Shown: positions 19,163 to 30,276, counted from the first letter of the stretch. The stretch is DNA of 64,000 nt from Stenotrophomonas sp. (GCA_051885115.1 JBJEWP010000024.1:12002-76001); one strand, 5' to 3'. Notes: generated by a model not told the origin, from the sequence alone. A program made the numbers and translations.

Positions 19163-20524
19163 TCATTGCAGCAGGAACAGGGTGGCCAGGCCGAGGAAGG
19201 TGAAAAAACCCATCGAGTCGGTGATCGCGGTCAGGAAGATGCCGCTGGCCAGTGCCGGGTCGAAACCCAGGCGCTTGAGGGTGATTGGAATCAACACCCC
19301 GGCCGAGGCCGCCAGCAGCAGGTTGCAGGTCAACGCGGCGAAGATCACCGCCGACAGGCCGGGATTCTGGAACCAGGCCAGTACGATCAGCCCCAGCACC
19401 GCGCCCATCAGCAAGCCGTTGAGCAGGGCCACACGCAGCTCTTTCCACAACAGGGTCCTGACGTTGGAGGCACCGACCTGACCCAGCGCCAGGCCGCGGA
19501 TCATCAGTGCCAGCACCTGGGTGCCGGCATTGCCGCCGAGGCCGGCGACCATCGGCATCAGCACCGCCAGCGCCACCAGGTGATCGATGGTGCCTTCGAA
19601 GCGGCCGACCACGTTGGCGGCGATGAAGGCGGTGCACAGGTTGACGAACAGCCATACCAGACGGCGGCGCATCGCGCGCCGTACCGGGCTGAACAGGTCT
19701 TCGTCCTCGTCCAGGCCGGCGGCGCCCAGGGCCTGGTGCTCGGCCTGGCTGCGGATGATGTCGACCACGTCGTCAATGGTGATGCGGCCGATCAGGATGT
19801 TGTTCTCATCCACCACCGGGGCGGAGACCCAGTCATGGTCGGAGAACTGACGGGCCACTTCCTGGTCGCTTTCATTGACGTCGATGGCCGGTTGCTCATC
19901 GTCGATAAGACGATTGATCGGGGTGGTGTCTTCGTGGGTGACCAACGAGGCCAGGGACAGCCGGCCCAGGTACTGGTGGCGGCGGCTGACCACGAACAGA
20001 TGGTCGGTGTGGTCGGGCAGTTCGCCACGCAGGCGCAGGTAGCGCAGCACCACATCGACATTGACATCGGCGCGCACGGTGACCACATCCGGGTTCATCA
20101 GGCGCCCGGCAGTGTCCTCGGGATAGGACAGCACCTGCTCCAGACGCTCGCGGTTCTCGCGGTCCATCGACTTGAGCACTTCGTCGATGACGGTGTCGGG
20201 CAGATCCTCGACCAGGTCGGCCAGGTCGTCGATGTCCAGGTCTTCGACCGCGGCGATGATTTCATCCGGGTCCATGTGCGCCAGCAGGCTTTCACGCACT
20301 TCGTCACCGACGTGGACCAGCACCTCGCCATCGTCCTCGGCATCGACCAGGCCCCAGACCACCTCGCGCTTGCCCGGCGGCAGCGATTCAAGCAGGTTGC
20401 CGATCTCTGCCGGTGCCAGGGTGTTGATCAGGCGGCGGACAGGGCCCAGGCGGCCACTGTCCAGGGCATCGGAGAGCAGGCGCAGCTGGCGTGCGGTCTT
20501 GTCGTGGCGTACAGCTTCGGCCAT
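19163..20524 (-). CDS. mgtE: Magnesium transporter MgtE
   Basis: N domain, two CBS domains (TAGRLM, GRITIDDV), GGNAGTQ, TAITDSMG. Confidence 0.97.
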   Translation of the reverse strand: MAEAVRHDKTARQLRLLSDALDSGRLGPVRRLINTLAPAEIGNLLESLPPGKREVVWGLVDAEDDGEVLVHVGDEVRESLLAHMDPDEIIAAVEDLDIDDLADLVEDLPDTVIDEVLKSMDRENRERLEQVLSYPEDTAGRLMNPDVVTVRADVNVDVVLRYLRLRGELPDHTDHLFVVSRRHQYLGRLSLASLVTHEDTTPINRLIDDEQPAIDVNESDQEVARQFSDHDWVSAPVVDENNILIGRITIDDVVDIIRSQAEHQALGAAGLDEDEDLFSPVRRAMRRRLVWLFVNLCTAFIAANVVGRFEGTIDHLVALAVLMPMVAGLGGNAGTQVLALMIRGLALGQVGASNVRTLLWKELRVALLNGLLMGAVLGLIVLAWFQNPGLSAVIFAALTCNLLLAASAGVLIPITLKRLGFDPALASGIFLTAITDSMGFFTFLGLATLFLLQ

Positions 20525-20641
20525 GTGCGGCTCCCGGCGTGGATCAAGGGTGGCCGACAGCGTTGAGGTGACGGCTTGGGTAGGGCACTTTCTGCGCGCC
20601 ATTATCCTCTGGCCGGCGCAGCCTGCACAGCCCTTGAGGGC

Positions 20642-22363
20642 TCAGGCCAGCGTATTGGCAGCCAGCCAGCGTTCAATTGCGCGGCGGTCGCGCGCGCGCA
20701 GCAGGGCTGGCAGCGCGGCCTGCAGCTGTCCCAGGTCGCAGCGGCGGATCGCCTGGCGTACTTCCAGCAGGCCGGCCGGGTGCAGGCTCAGCTCGCGCAG
20801 CCCCAGGGCCAGCAGCAGCGGCACCAGACGTGGGTCACCGGCAATCTCGCCGCAAATGCACACCGGTATCCGGGCCTGGTTGGCGGTGTCGACCAGCCGG
20901 ACCAGCAGTTGCAACAGGGCCGGATGCAGCGGGTGGTAATAGCCGGCAACGGTGGGGTTGTTGCGGTCGGCTGCGAGCAGGTACTGCACCAGGTCATTGG
21001 TGCCGACGGAAAGAAAATCGACCAGGTCGATGAAGCCGTGCAGGGCCAGTGCGGCGGCGGGTACTTCGATCATCGCGCCCAGTGCCACCTGTTCGGAGAC
21101 CGCATGGCCGCTGTCGCGCAGCTGGCGCTGCAGCAGACGCAGGCGGCGGCGTACTGCCAGCACTTCCTCGCGGCCGCTGACCATCGGCAGCAGGATGCGC
21201 ACCGGACCATAGCCGGAAGCACGCAGGATTGCCCGCAGCTGGGTATCGAACACCTCCGGGTTGCCCAGGGCCAGGCGGATGCCGCGCAGGCCCAGAGCCG
21301 GGTTTTCCTCGTGGCTGGGGGCCAGCCCGGCACGGTCGGCCTTGTCCGCACCCAGGTCCATGGTGCGGAAGGTGGCCGGGCGTCCGGCCATGGCGAGCAC
21401 TGCATCGCGGTAATGTTCGAACTGGGTCTGCTCGTCTGGCAGCTGGCGGCCCTGCAGGAACAGGAACTCGGTGCGGTACAGGCCCAGCCCGGCCGCGCCC
21501 AGGCGGTGCACCTGGGCAAAGTCCTCGCTGCTTTCGGCGTTGAGCAGCAGGACGATGTCGGTGCCGTCAACAGTACGGCTGGGCTTGCTGCGCAGGCGCT
21601 GCAGCTCGCGTCGCTCACGTGCCAGTTCGCGCACGCGCAGCCGGTACTGGCGCAGCTGCTCGGCATCCGGGTCGGGGATCAGCTGGCCGCTTTCACCGTC
21701 GATGATCAGCAGCTGGCCACTGTGCAGGCGGTGCAGGGCCTGTTGCGCGCCGACCACCAGGGGCAGGTGCAGCGAGCGGGCGAGGATGGCACTGTGCGAG
21801 AGCAGGCTGCCGCCGGTGGTGACCACGCCGACTACGCCACTGGCCGGCAGCTGCACCAGTTCGGCCGGGGCGATGGTCTCGCAGACCAGGATTTCCCCGG
21901 CGGTGCCGGCGCTGGGACGTTGCTGCGGGTTGAGCAGCTGCAGCAGACGGCCGATGACGTGGTCCAGGTCATCCAGCCGGCTGCGCAGGTAGTCATCTTC
22001 CATCTGCTCGAACAGGCTGGCCAGGCGCTGGCGTTGTACGCCCAGAGCGCAACTGGCGCTGTAGCGCTGGCTGCGGATCAGCTCGTCCAGTGCGGCCAGC
22101 AGTTCAGGGTCATCCAGCAGCAGGGTGTGCAGGTCGAGGAATTCGCCCACTTCGGCCGGCATCGCGCCGTGCAGGCGCTGGCGCAGCACGCCCATCTCCT
22201 GACGTGCGGCGTCCACTGCCAGGTGCAGGCGCTGGACCTCCTCCTCCACCCGGCTTGCGGCAATGCGTTCGGGCCCGATCTCCGGCAGCAATGGCTGGCG
22301 CACACGGGCACGGCCCAGAGCGGTGCCCCGTGACGCGCCCTGGCCGAGCAGCCGGTTGCCCAT
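20642..22363 (-). CDS. ptsI: Phosphoenolpyruvate-protein phosphotransferase (Enzyme I)
   Basis: GASRG, SHSAILAR phospho-His, GLYRTEFL, RTMDLGADK, SVGTNDLVQY, CGE. Confidence 0.93.
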   Translation of the reverse strand: MGNRLLGQGASRGTALGRARVRQPLLPEIGPERIAASRVEEEVQRLHLAVDAARQEMGVLRQRLHGAMPAEVGEFLDLHTLLLDDPELLAALDELIRSQRYSASCALGVQRQRLASLFEQMEDDYLRSRLDDLDHVIGRLLQLLNPQQRPSAGTAGEILVCETIAPAELVQLPASGVVGVVTTGGSLLSHSAILARSLHLPLVVGAQQALHRLHSGQLLIIDGESGQLIPDPDAEQLRQYRLRVRELARERRELQRLRSKPSRTVDGTDIVLLLNAESSEDFAQVHRLGAAGLGLYRTEFLFLQGRQLPDEQTQFEHYRDAVLAMAGRPATFRTMDLGADKADRAGLAPSHEENPALGLRGIRLALGNPEVFDTQLRAILRASGYGPVRILLPMVSGREEVLAVRRRLRLLQRQLRDSGHAVSEQVALGAMIEVPAAALALHGFIDLVDFLSVGTNDLVQYLLAADRNNPTVAGYYHPLHPALLQLLVRLVDTANQARIPVCICGEIAGDPRLVPLLLALGLRELSLHPAGLLEVRQAIRRCDLGQLQAALPALLRARDRRAIERWLAANTLA

Positions 22364-22415
22364 CAGCCGGCGACCTGACAGGCCAGGGGGCGCTGGGCAG
22401 GCCGGCTGCCGGCAC

Positions 22416-22685
22416 TCATTGTGCTTCGTCGAAGTTGCGCTGGAACAACTCCACCACCGCTGCCAGCGCCTGGGCCTCGTCGGGCCCATCCACGCGCACG
22501 GTGACCGGGGTGCCCTGGCCGGCGGCCAGCAGCATCACGCCCATGATGCTCTTGGCATTGACCTCGCGGCCCTTGGCCATCAGGGTGGCATTGGCGCTGA
22601 AGCTGGAGAGGGTCTGGACCAGCTTGGCGGTAGCGCGGGCATGCAGGCCCAGCTTGTTGGATACGGTCAGCTCTCGCTCAAGCAT
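22416..22685 (-). CDS. ptsH: Phosphocarrier protein HPr/NPr
   Basis: LGLHARA (His15), NAKSIMG (Ser46). Confidence 0.95.
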   Translation of the reverse strand: MLERELTVSNKLGLHARATAKLVQTLSSFSANATLMAKGREVNAKSIMGVMLLAAGQGTPVTVRVDGPDEAQALAAVVELFQRNFDEAQ

Positions 22686-23076
22686 TGTCGACAATGGCTC
22701 CATCGTGGGGCGCGCGGGCGGCGACGGCAGTCAGCTCGTCCAGCGCAAGGTGGGGGTAATTCATCACGCGCAGCAGCATCGGCAGGTTCAGCCCGGAAAC
22801 CCTGCGGCAGTGGCGGTGAAGCGTATGCAAACGCGATGCCAGATTACTCGGCGAGGCGCCGTACAGATCACTCAGGATCAGCACGCCGGCTCCGGTATCC
22901 AGACACTGCAGGTTTGCCATGGCAGCAGGCAACAGGGCAGCAGGGTCGCCGTGGTAGTCCACTTCCAGGCAGTGACAGGGCAGCGGCAGCGGGGCCGGGC
23001 CGAGCAGATGCCGGACCACCTCCAACAGCGCATTGCCCAGGCCGGGATGGGTGACCAGCAGGATTCCACAACGCAT
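22678..23076 (-). CDS. PTS EIIA component, mannose/fructose family
   Basis: ILLVTH, ILSDLYGASPSN, VSGLNLPML. Confidence 0.88.
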   Translation of the reverse strand: MRCGILLVTHPGLGNALLEVVRHLLGPAPLPLPCHCLEVDYHGDPAALLPAAMANLQCLDTGAGVLILSDLYGASPSNLASRLHTLHRHCRRVSGLNLPMLLRVMNYPHLALDELTAVAARAPHDGAIVDNA

Positions 23077-23152
23077 GCTTGCGACCTTAACAGGTCACGG
23101 AGGTGGCGGATACACGAACAACCACTTCGTTTCCTGCTTTCATGACGCCGGC

Positions 23153-24025
23153 TTACTGCTGTTCACGATGGAAGGTGGCCACGTCGCTCCAGCCTTGTTC
23201 GCGGGCGTGCCGCGCCATGCGTTCGGCCATGTATACCGAGCGGTGCTTGCCGCCGGTGCAGCCGAAGGCAATGGTCACGTAGCTGCGGGTTTCATGCTGC
23301 AGACGGGGCAGCCAGGTGTCCAGCAAGGCACTGATCTGACGGCTGTACAGGGCCACATCGGGCTGCTGGTCCAGGTAGTCACGGACCGGGCCGTCACGCC
23401 CGGTCATCACCCGCAGGTCCGGTTCCCAGTGGGGGTTGGGCAGCAGACGGGCATCGAACACGAAGTCGGCCTCGATCGGTACCCCGTGCTTGTAGGCGAA
23501 GGATTCAAACAGCAGGGACACCTTGCCATGGCTGGCCAGGGCGAACTCGGTGATGATCTTGCGCCGCAGCTGGTGCACGTTCATGCCGGTGGTGTCGATC
23601 ACCGCATCGGCCTGTGCGCGCAACGGGGCGCTGAGCTCACGTTCGTGGGCAATGGCTTCGGGCAAGGCCAGACCACGCTGGCTCAGCGGATGGCGCCGGC
23701 GGGTGTCGGCATAGCGCGACAGCAGGGTGTCGCGGGTGGCCTCGAAGAACAGCAACTGGGTCTGCAGGCCGTTGTCGATTGCCTGCTGACGCCAGTCAAG
23801 CAGCTGCTCCGGAGTGGTGCGGGCGCGGGCGTCGATGCCGATGGCGATGCGTACCGGAGCGTCGCCGGCCTGGCTGCCCAGCACGTTGCGCACGTACTCC
23901 GGCAGCAGGCTCAGCGGCAGGTTGTCGCTGCAGTAGTAGTCCAGGTCCTCGAAGGTCTTCAGTGCAACGCTCTTGCCCGAACCGGACAGACCGCTGACGA
24001 TGATCAATGAGGGCGCAGTGTTCAT
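23153..24025 (-). CDS. rapZ: RNase adapter RapZ
   Basis: [30 protein letters not shown]. Confidence 0.96.
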   Translation of the reverse strand: MNTAPSLIIVSGLSGSGKSVALKTFEDLDYYCSDNLPLSLLPEYVRNVLGSQAGDAPVRIAIGIDARARTTPEQLLDWRQQAIDNGLQTQLLFFEATRDTLLSRYADTRRRHPLSQRGLALPEAIAHERELSAPLRAQADAVIDTTGMNVHQLRRKIITEFALASHGKVSLLFESFAYKHGVPIEADFVFDARLLPNPHWEPDLRVMTGRDGPVRDYLDQQPDVALYSRQISALLDTWLPRLQHETRSYVTIAFGCTGGKHRSVYMAERMARHAREQGWSDVATFHREQQ

Positions 24026-24972
24026 GGGATACGTTGCTCCAGCAGGTTGGAATGGCGGGCGATGAACATGGCCGCCGGGTCGATGCCCTTGGTGCGCAGG
24101 ATGTGCAGGCGGGTGGCCGCCTCGGTCAGCACCGCCAGGTTGCGACCGGGCATCACCGGCAGGGTGATCAGCGGCACATCCAGGTCCAGCACATGCCGCT
24201 TGCCGGAATCGCCGGTCAGGCGTTCGTAGCCATGGGGCGTGGGTTCGGTCATCGGTTTGGTCAGGTGGACGATCAGCCGAAGGTACTTGTTCTTCTTTAC
24301 CGCGGTGTCACCGAACATGTCGCGGATGTTGAGCACGCCCAGGCCACGCACTTCCAGCAGATCCTGCAGCAGCTCCGGGCAGGTGCCGTCGAGCACGTCT
24401 GGAGCGATCTGGGTGAACTCCGGGGCGTCATCGGCAACCAGGCGGTGGCCGCGGCTGAGCAGCTCCAGTGCCAGCTCGCTCTTGCCCGACCCAGCCTCGC
24501 CGGTGATCAGCACGCCGATGGAGTAGATCTCCATGAACACCCCGTGCAGGGTGATACGCGGGGCCAGGGTACGGGCCAGGTGGTAGGAAATGTGGTTGAG
24601 CAGCTCATGGCCGCGGCGTGGCGAAACCCACAGCGGGGTGGCCGATTCATCGGCCGCCGCCCGCAGGTCTTCCGGGCAGCTGTGGTTTTTGGTGATCACC
24701 AGCGCCAGCGGCCGCGCCTGCATGATCTTTTCGATGGTTTCCCAGCGCTGGCGTGGGTCCAGCGAGTCCAGCCAGTCCAGTTCCTCGCTGCCCAGGATCT
24801 GCACCTTGTTGGGGTAGATGGCATTGAGATAACCGGCCAGCGAAGGGCGGCGGGAGACCGTGTTGCCGGCTTCCAGGTCGCGCTGGCCACCGGTCTGCCC
24901 GGCCAGCCAGCGCAGTGAGAGCTTTTCCTTCTGCTGCTCGAACAGTTCCTGGGCGGTGATGCGGGTATTCAT
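24022..24972 (-). CDS. hprK: HPr kinase/phosphorylase
   Basis: [26 protein letters not shown]. Confidence 0.97.
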   Translation of the reverse strand: MNTRITAQELFEQQKEKLSLRWLAGQTGGQRDLEAGNTVSRRPSLAGYLNAIYPNKVQILGSEELDWLDSLDPRQRWETIEKIMQARPLALVITKNHSCPEDLRAAADESATPLWVSPRRGHELLNHISYHLARTLAPRITLHGVFMEIYSIGVLITGEAGSGKSELALELLSRGHRLVADDAPEFTQIAPDVLDGTCPELLQDLLEVRGLGVLNIRDMFGDTAVKKNKYLRLIVHLTKPMTEPTPHGYERLTGDSGKRHVLDLDVPLITLPVMPGRNLAVLTEAATRLHILRTKGIDPAAMFIARHSNLLEQRIP

Positions 24973-25060
24973 GCGTACGGGGTGCCGGATACGTGATCGC
25001 CTGCCGGCAGGGCAGGCGATCGGTGGAGGTGGCCGACAGTGTCAGCTGCCGGCCGGAGGG

Positions 25061-25378
25061 TCATTCGACGCTGTCGCGCAGGCTGCTGCCGTCGTGGCTC
25101 TGGCTCTTTTCCTTGTGCTTGAGCAGCAGGCGGTCCAGCTTGTCGGCCAGGATGTCGATGGCCGCGTACATGGTCGGGGCAGTGGCATCGGCGTGCAGGG
25201 TGCGCCCGGGCAGGTTGACCGTGGCAATGGCCTGGTGGTCGGGCTTGTTGATCGAAAGTTGGGTGCGCACTTCGCAGTGATGGCTGAAGTGGCGGGCCAG
25301 GCGTTGGAACTTGGTTTCCACGTACTCACGCAGGGCCGGGGTGATTTCCAGCTGCTGGCCATAGGTTTCGATTTGCAT
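25061..25378 (-). CDS. hpf: Ribosome hibernation promoting factor
   Basis: MQIETYGQQLEITPALREYV...MYAAID...KLDR; GGAGG RBS. Confidence 0.95.
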   Translation of the reverse strand: MQIETYGQQLEITPALREYVETKFQRLARHFSHHCEVRTQLSINKPDHQAIATVNLPGRTLHADATAPTMYAAIDILADKLDRLLLKHKEKSQSHDGSSLRDSVE

Positions 25379-25436
25379 CGCTTGCCTCCTGATTGGATCG
25401 GATGGACGCATGAACCTGCCGCCGTTGCCCGGAGCG

Positions 25437-26879
25437 TCAGCCGATGCGTACACGCTCGTGCGACGGCGGGATGTTCATGGCTTCACGATACTTCGCTACC
25501 GTGCGCCGCGCCACCGTCATCCCGGATTGTTTTAGAAGCTCTGTCAATTTGGCGTCGGACAGGGGCTTGCGCGGGTTTTCGGCCTCGATCAGCTGGCGCA
25601 GCGTGGCCTGGATCGCACTGCTGGCGGTCTCTTCGCCGTTGCCGGTATCCATGCCGCTGCTGAACAGCTCGCGCAGGGCGATGGTGCCGCGCGGGGTGCG
25701 CACGTACTTGCCGGCAATGGCGCGTGAGATGGTGGACTCGTGCAGCTCCAGCTCGGCGGCCATCTCGCGCAGGGTCAGCGGGCGCAGTGCCTGTGGGCCG
25801 TATTCCAGATAGGCAGCCTGGTGCACGATCAGGGCCCGGCTGATGCGCAGCAGGGTCTGACCGCGCTGCTGCAGTCCGCGGATCAGCCAGCGGGCCTGTT
25901 GCAGGTGCTGGCGCAGGTAGCTGCCGTCGCGCTCATTGCACTGGCCCAGCAGCTGCAGGTAGCCGCTGTGGATGACCAGCGGCGGGCCGCTGTGCCCGGC
26001 CAGCGCTGCCTGCCAGCGGCCACGCTGGCGCCAGATCACCACGTCGGGCATGACCCAGTCGTTGGTCGCCGGCGTGCCCACCTGACGCCCGGGGCGAGGT
26101 TCGAGCCGGCGCAACAGGTCAACCGCGGTCTGCATGGCCGGCACGGGTTGGCGCAGCTCGCGGGCCAGGCCCTCGATGCCGGCCCGGGGCAGCCGGGGCA
26201 GGGCGTGCCGGGCCACCTGCAGGGCCAGCTCGCGGCCGGGGGTGTCAGCTGGCAGCAGCTGCAGCTGCAGGCCCAGGCATTCGCCCAGGTCGCGGGCGCC
26301 CACGCCGGTAGGCTCCAGCCCCTGGACATGGCGCAGCACAGCGAGGATCTCCTCGTCGCTGGCATGCAGTTCCGGCTGCAGGGCCTGGGCAATGGCCGGC
26401 AGGGTCTCGCGCAGGTAGCCATCACTGTCGATGGCATCGAGCAGGGCCAGGCCGATGCTGTGGTCACGCGCGCTGAGCCTGAGCAGGTTGAACTGCGCGC
26501 GCAGGTGGTCGATCAGGTCCTGGCCGGCGCCACTCAGACGCAGTGCCGCCGGTTCACGGTCGTCGTCTTCGTGGTGGCTGCCGGTAGCCCAGGGGCCTTG
26601 GTCGGGAATCCAGTCATCGCCGTGGCCATCGCCGCCATCGTGGCTTTCCCCTTCCGCCCCCGCACTGGCTGTGGGCGCTGCCGCGGCCGGCTCGGCGGGG
26701 TCTTGCGCGGTGTGCTGGCGGGCCTCGTCGGCCCACTCCAGCAGGGGGTTGGAGTTGACCGCCTGGGCCAGCTCCAGCTCCAGTTCGGCGGCCGACAGCT
26801 GCAGCAGGCGCAGGGCCTGCTGCAGTTGCGGGGTCAGCGTCAGTTGCTGGCTCAAGGTGGTGTTGAGACGGGTTTTCAT
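25437..26879 (-). CDS. rpoN: RNA polymerase sigma-54 factor
   Basis: LTPQLQQALRLLQL region I, HESTISR, RpoN box ARRTVAKYRE. Confidence 0.97.
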   Translation of the reverse strand: MKTRLNTTLSQQLTLTPQLQQALRLLQLSAAELELELAQAVNSNPLLEWADEARQHTAQDPAEPAAAAPTASAGAEGESHDGGDGHGDDWIPDQGPWATGSHHEDDDREPAALRLSGAGQDLIDHLRAQFNLLRLSARDHSIGLALLDAIDSDGYLRETLPAIAQALQPELHASDEEILAVLRHVQGLEPTGVGARDLGECLGLQLQLLPADTPGRELALQVARHALPRLPRAGIEGLARELRQPVPAMQTAVDLLRRLEPRPGRQVGTPATNDWVMPDVVIWRQRGRWQAALAGHSGPPLVIHSGYLQLLGQCNERDGSYLRQHLQQARWLIRGLQQRGQTLLRISRALIVHQAAYLEYGPQALRPLTLREMAAELELHESTISRAIAGKYVRTPRGTIALRELFSSGMDTGNGEETASSAIQATLRQLIEAENPRKPLSDAKLTELLKQSGMTVARRTVAKYREAMNIPPSHERVRIG

Positions 26880-26915
26880 GGCCTCCCCATGCACCGCGCC
26901 ACGCAGGCCGCCGGT

Positions 26916-27635
26916 TTACAGCTTGAAGGTGTCGCCCAGGTACACGCGGCGCACGTCCGGGTTGTCCAGAATCTGTGCAGGGCTCCCCTGTGCCAGTACC
27001 CCGCCTTCGGCAAGGATATAGGCGCGGTCGCAGATCCCCAAGGTTTCGCGCACGTTGTGGTCGGTGATCAGTACACCGATGCCGCGGTTTTTCAGGTGGG
27101 TGATGATGCGCTGGATATCGCCCACCGAGATCGGGTCGACGCCGGCGAACGGTTCGTCAAGCAGGATCAGCCGTGGCTTGGCGGCCAGCGCGCGGGCAAT
27201 TTCCACCCGTCGGCGCTCGCCACCGGACAGGCTGGCGCCTGGCTGCTCGGCCACGTGGCTGATCTGCAGCTCTTCCATCAACGAGGCCAGCTCGCGCTCG
27301 CGCCCGGCGGCATCCAGGTCATCACGCAGCTCCAGCACCAGGGCAATGTTGTCGGCCACGCTGAGCTTGCGGAACACCGACGGTTCCTGCGGCAGGTAGC
27401 CGACGCCGAGCTTGGCGCGCTCGTACATCGGTTCGTTGGTGATGTCGCGGCCGTCCAGTTCAATGCGGCCCGAATCGGCGGCGACCAGGCCGACGATCAT
27501 GTAGAAACAGGTGGTCTTGCCGGCACCGTTGGGGCCGAGCAGGCCGACCACCTCACCGGCATCGAGCTGCAGGCCGAACGAACGCACCACTTCGCGCTGC
27601 TTGTAGCGCTTGGCCAGTCCTTGGGCAACGAGCAT
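26916..27635 (-). CDS. lptB: LPS export ABC ATPase
   Basis: [38 protein letters not shown]. Confidence 0.97.
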   Translation of the reverse strand: MLVAQGLAKRYKQREVVRSFGLQLDAGEVVGLLGPNGAGKTTCFYMIVGLVAADSGRIELDGRDITNEPMYERAKLGVGYLPQEPSVFRKLSVADNIALVLELRDDLDAAGRERELASLMEELQISHVAEQPGASLSGGERRRVEIARALAAKPRLILLDEPFAGVDPISVGDIQRIITHLKNRGIGVLITDHNVRETLGICDRAYILAEGGVLAQGSPAQILDNPDVRRVYLGDTFKL

Positions 27636-28144
27636 TACTTGCTCTCCGTGGCGGGGCGCGCCTTGGGCTGCAGCACGGTACGTACACGGCTGCCATCACC
27701 ACCACTGGTCATGTTGCCGGTGGCCATGTTGTAGGTCATGCGCTGGCCGGCATTGGTGCCGCGCGGGCTTTCCACCTTGTAGTTGCCGGTCAGCACGATG
27801 GTGTCGCTGGCAATGTTGTAGTCCATGGTGTTGGCAGTGGCGGTCATCGGCGTGCCGTCATCCATCTGCTGGCGCAGGGTGGCCTGGCGGCCGGTAAGCA
27901 CCACCCGGCTGGGCTCACCGTTGCTGCGGTAGACATCAGCCGCGTCGGCGGTGATGTGCAGGGTGCCTTGTTCGATCACCACGTTGCCGCTGAAACGGCA
28001 TTTGCCGTTCTCGTCGGCCAGATTGCAATCGGTGTTGTTGGCATCCAGGTTCATCGGCTGGTTGCGGTCCGACGAGCGTGCCAGGGCCAGGCCAGGCAGC
28101 AGCAGGGCAATCAACGCAAACTTAGCGGGCAGCGGAAGGTTCAT
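27635..28144 (-). CDS. lptA: LPS transport periplasmic protein
   Basis: Signal peptide, [17 protein letters not shown] OstA-like jellyroll; context. Confidence 0.9.
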   Translation of the reverse strand: MNLPLPAKFALIALLLPGLALARSSDRNQPMNLDANNTDCNLADENGKCRFSGNVVIEQGTLHITADAADVYRSNGEPSRVVLTGRQATLRQQMDDGTPMTATANTMDYNIASDTIVLTGNYKVESPRGTNAGQRMTYNMATGNMTSGGDGSRVRTVLQPKARPATESK

Positions 28145-28691
28145 AGCGGGTCTTGACCTGGGAAAGGAGGCTTAAGGTGTTGGCGGCGGCATCCACACGC
28201 ATGCCCACGCCGCGCTGGGTCAGCCCGGGCTGGGTCATTTCCACCGCATCGGCGGTTTCGGCCAGGCTGCGGCGCGGGTAGACGGTGAGGGTATCGCTGC
28301 GGAAGGTGGTCGGGGTGATGGCCGCATCAGCCGGGCTGTCGCCCTTGACCCCACCGCGCAGGATCATCTGCTGCCCATCGGCGCTGACCCAGCCGGTGGC
28401 CGCGGCCAGCTGCCAGTGGTTGCCGTTGGCATCGGGCAGCAGGAACAGCGGGGTGTCGATGTCCAGGGTTTCGTCCCCGCTGTTGCGTGCCAGGCGCGGC
28501 GCGCGCAGGGTCACCGATTCCTTGCCCTGCGCATCCAGGGCAACGATCTGGAAATCATGCAGCACATAGTCATGGCCGGCCGCCGCGTCGCTGGTGGTGG
28601 CCTTCTCGCGGTTGTTCCAGGCCTGCCAGCCCGACCACAAGGTAGCCAGCAGCAGGGCCGGAACGATGAGGTGGCGTTTGCCCAGGCTCAT
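28122..28691 (-). CDS. lptC: LPS export protein LptC
   Basis: N-terminal TM followed by a beta-jellyroll; between kdsC and lptA. Confidence 0.88.
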   Translation of the reverse strand: MSLGKRHLIVPALLLATLWSGWQAWNNREKATTSDAAAGHDYVLHDFQIVALDAQGKESVTLRAPRLARNSGDETLDIDTPLFLLPDANGNHWQLAAATGWVSADGQQMILRGGVKGDSPADAAITPTTFRSDTLTVYPRRSLAETADAVEMTQPGLTQRGVGMRVDAAANTLSLLSQVKTRYEPSAAR

Positions 28692-29236
28692 GGCTGCACC
28701 CCGGCCAGCACGGCATCCAGGTGGCCGCCGGCGGCCAGCAGCACATCGCACAGCTGGCGGGCAGCGCCACGGCCACCGCCGGCCAGCGTTTGCCAATGCA
28801 CGGCCTGGGCTACCCAGGGGTGGGCATCGGCCGGGGCCACGGCCAGGCCGACCACGCGCAGGCAGGTGATGTCGGGCAGGTCATCGCCGATGAAGGCCAC
28901 CTGGTCCAGGCTGATGCCTTCGCGCTGGCACAGCTGCATCAGCAGGGCCAGCTTGTCGCGCACGCCGACGTGGGTCTCGATCTTCAGATCGGCGCCGCGG
29001 CGCGCGGCCGAGGCACTGTCACGCGCGGTGATGATCACCGGCACGATGCCGTGGCGCTGGATCAGCTTCAGGCCCAGGCCGTCCTGGACAAAGTAGGCCT
29101 TGCTCTCGTTGCCGAGGTGGTCGTAGTACAGCTGGCCGTCGGTCAGGGTGCCGTCGACATCGAAGCAGGCCAGGCGGATGCGGCCGGCACGCTGGGCAAG
29201 CTCGGCGGACAAAGTGTCCAGCGGGTTGTAGGGCAT
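28688..29236 (-). CDS. kdsC: KDO 8-phosphate phosphatase
   Basis: HAD motif FDVDGTLTDG, DGLG, IGDDLPD, GGRGAA. Confidence 0.94.
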   Translation of the reverse strand: MPYNPLDTLSAELAQRAGRIRLACFDVDGTLTDGQLYYDHLGNESKAYFVQDGLGLKLIQRHGIVPVIITARDSASAARRGADLKIETHVGVRDKLALLMQLCQREGISLDQVAFIGDDLPDITCLRVVGLAVAPADAHPWVAQAVHWQTLAGGGRGAARQLCDVLLAAGGHLDAVLAGVQP

Positions 29237-29274
29237 CGGCTGCTCGGACTGGGATGAATGGGGCATGGGCTCGG

Positions 29275-30276
29275 TTAAACCACGCGTGCGCGCAACAGGT
29301 CATGAATGTTCAGGGCGCCCACCGGACGGTTGTCGCCATCGACCACGACCAGGCCGTTGATCTTGTGCGTCTCCATCAGCCGGGCCGCTTCCACCGCCAG
29401 GCGGTCGGCACCAATGGTACGTGGATTGGCGGTCATCACCTCGGCAATGCGCGCGCTGCGCACGTCGATGTCGGTATCCAGCGCGCGGCGCAGGTCACCG
29501 TCGGTGAACAGCCCGGCCAGGCGGCCGTCGGCATCGACCACACAGGTCATGCCCAGACGTTTCTGGCTCATTTCCACCAGCGCCTGGCTCAACGAGGCGC
29601 TGGCATCGACCTGCGGCAGCTCCTGGCCACTGTGCATGACATCGGTGATGTGCAGCAGCAGCCGGCGGCCGAGGCTGCCGGCCGGATGCGAACGGGCAAA
29701 GTCATCGGCGGTGAAACCGCGGGCTTCGAGCAGGGCCACGGCCAGCGCATCGCCCATGGCGATGGAGGCGGTGGTGCTGGAGGTCGGGGCCAGGTGCAGC
29801 GGGCAGGCTTCCTCGGGCACGCTGACATCCAGGTGGACCTCGGCGGCCTTGGCCAGGCTGGACTGTTCGCGGCCGGTCATCGCGATGAGCACGTTGCCCT
29901 GGCGCTTGAGAACCGGCAGCAGCATCAGGATTTCGTCCGACTCGCCCGAGTAGGACAGCGCCAGCACCACATCGCCCTCGGTGATCATGCCCAGGTCGCC
30001 ATGGCCGGCCTCGCCGGGGTGGACGAAGAAGGAGGGCGTGCCGGTGGAAGCCAGGGTGGCGGCAATCTTGCGCGCGACATGGCCGCTCTTGCCCATGCCG
30101 ATGGTGACCACCCGGCCATGGCTGGCCAGCACATGCTGGCAGGCCGCGGCAAAGGCCTGGCCCATACGGGCGGCGACCGCGGCCAGGGCTTTCTGCTCGA
30201 TGGCGAACACGCGCTGCCCGCTGTCCACCAGAGACTGGGCGGTGGGGGCGGGCTGGTTCAGGGACGGGACGGTCAT
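29275..30276 (-). CDS. kdsD: Arabinose-5-phosphate isomerase
   Basis: SIS domain (GMGKSGH, HGDLG, PTSSTT) plus two CBS domains. Confidence 0.96.
   Translation of the reverse strand: MTVPSLNQPAPTAQSLVDSGQRVFAIEQKALAAVAARMGQAFAAACQHVLASHGRVVTIGMGKSGHVARKIAATLASTGTPSFFVHPGEAGHGDLGMITEGDVVLALSYSGESDEILMLLPVLKRQGNVLIAMTGREQSSLAKAAEVHLDVSVPEEACPLHLAPTSSTTASIAMGDALAVALLEARGFTADDFARSHPAGSLGRRLLLHITDVMHSGQELPQVDASASLSQALVEMSQKRLGMTCVVDADGRLAGLFTDGDLRRALDTDIDVRSARIAEVMTANPRTIGADRLAVEAARLMETHKINGLVVVDGDNRPVGALNIHDLLRARVV

Noticed and set aside
20525-20641. Mg2+ riboswitch or leader peptide upstream of mgtE
   Set aside because: Only 117 nt, no M-box-like structure or Pro-rich leader recognisable
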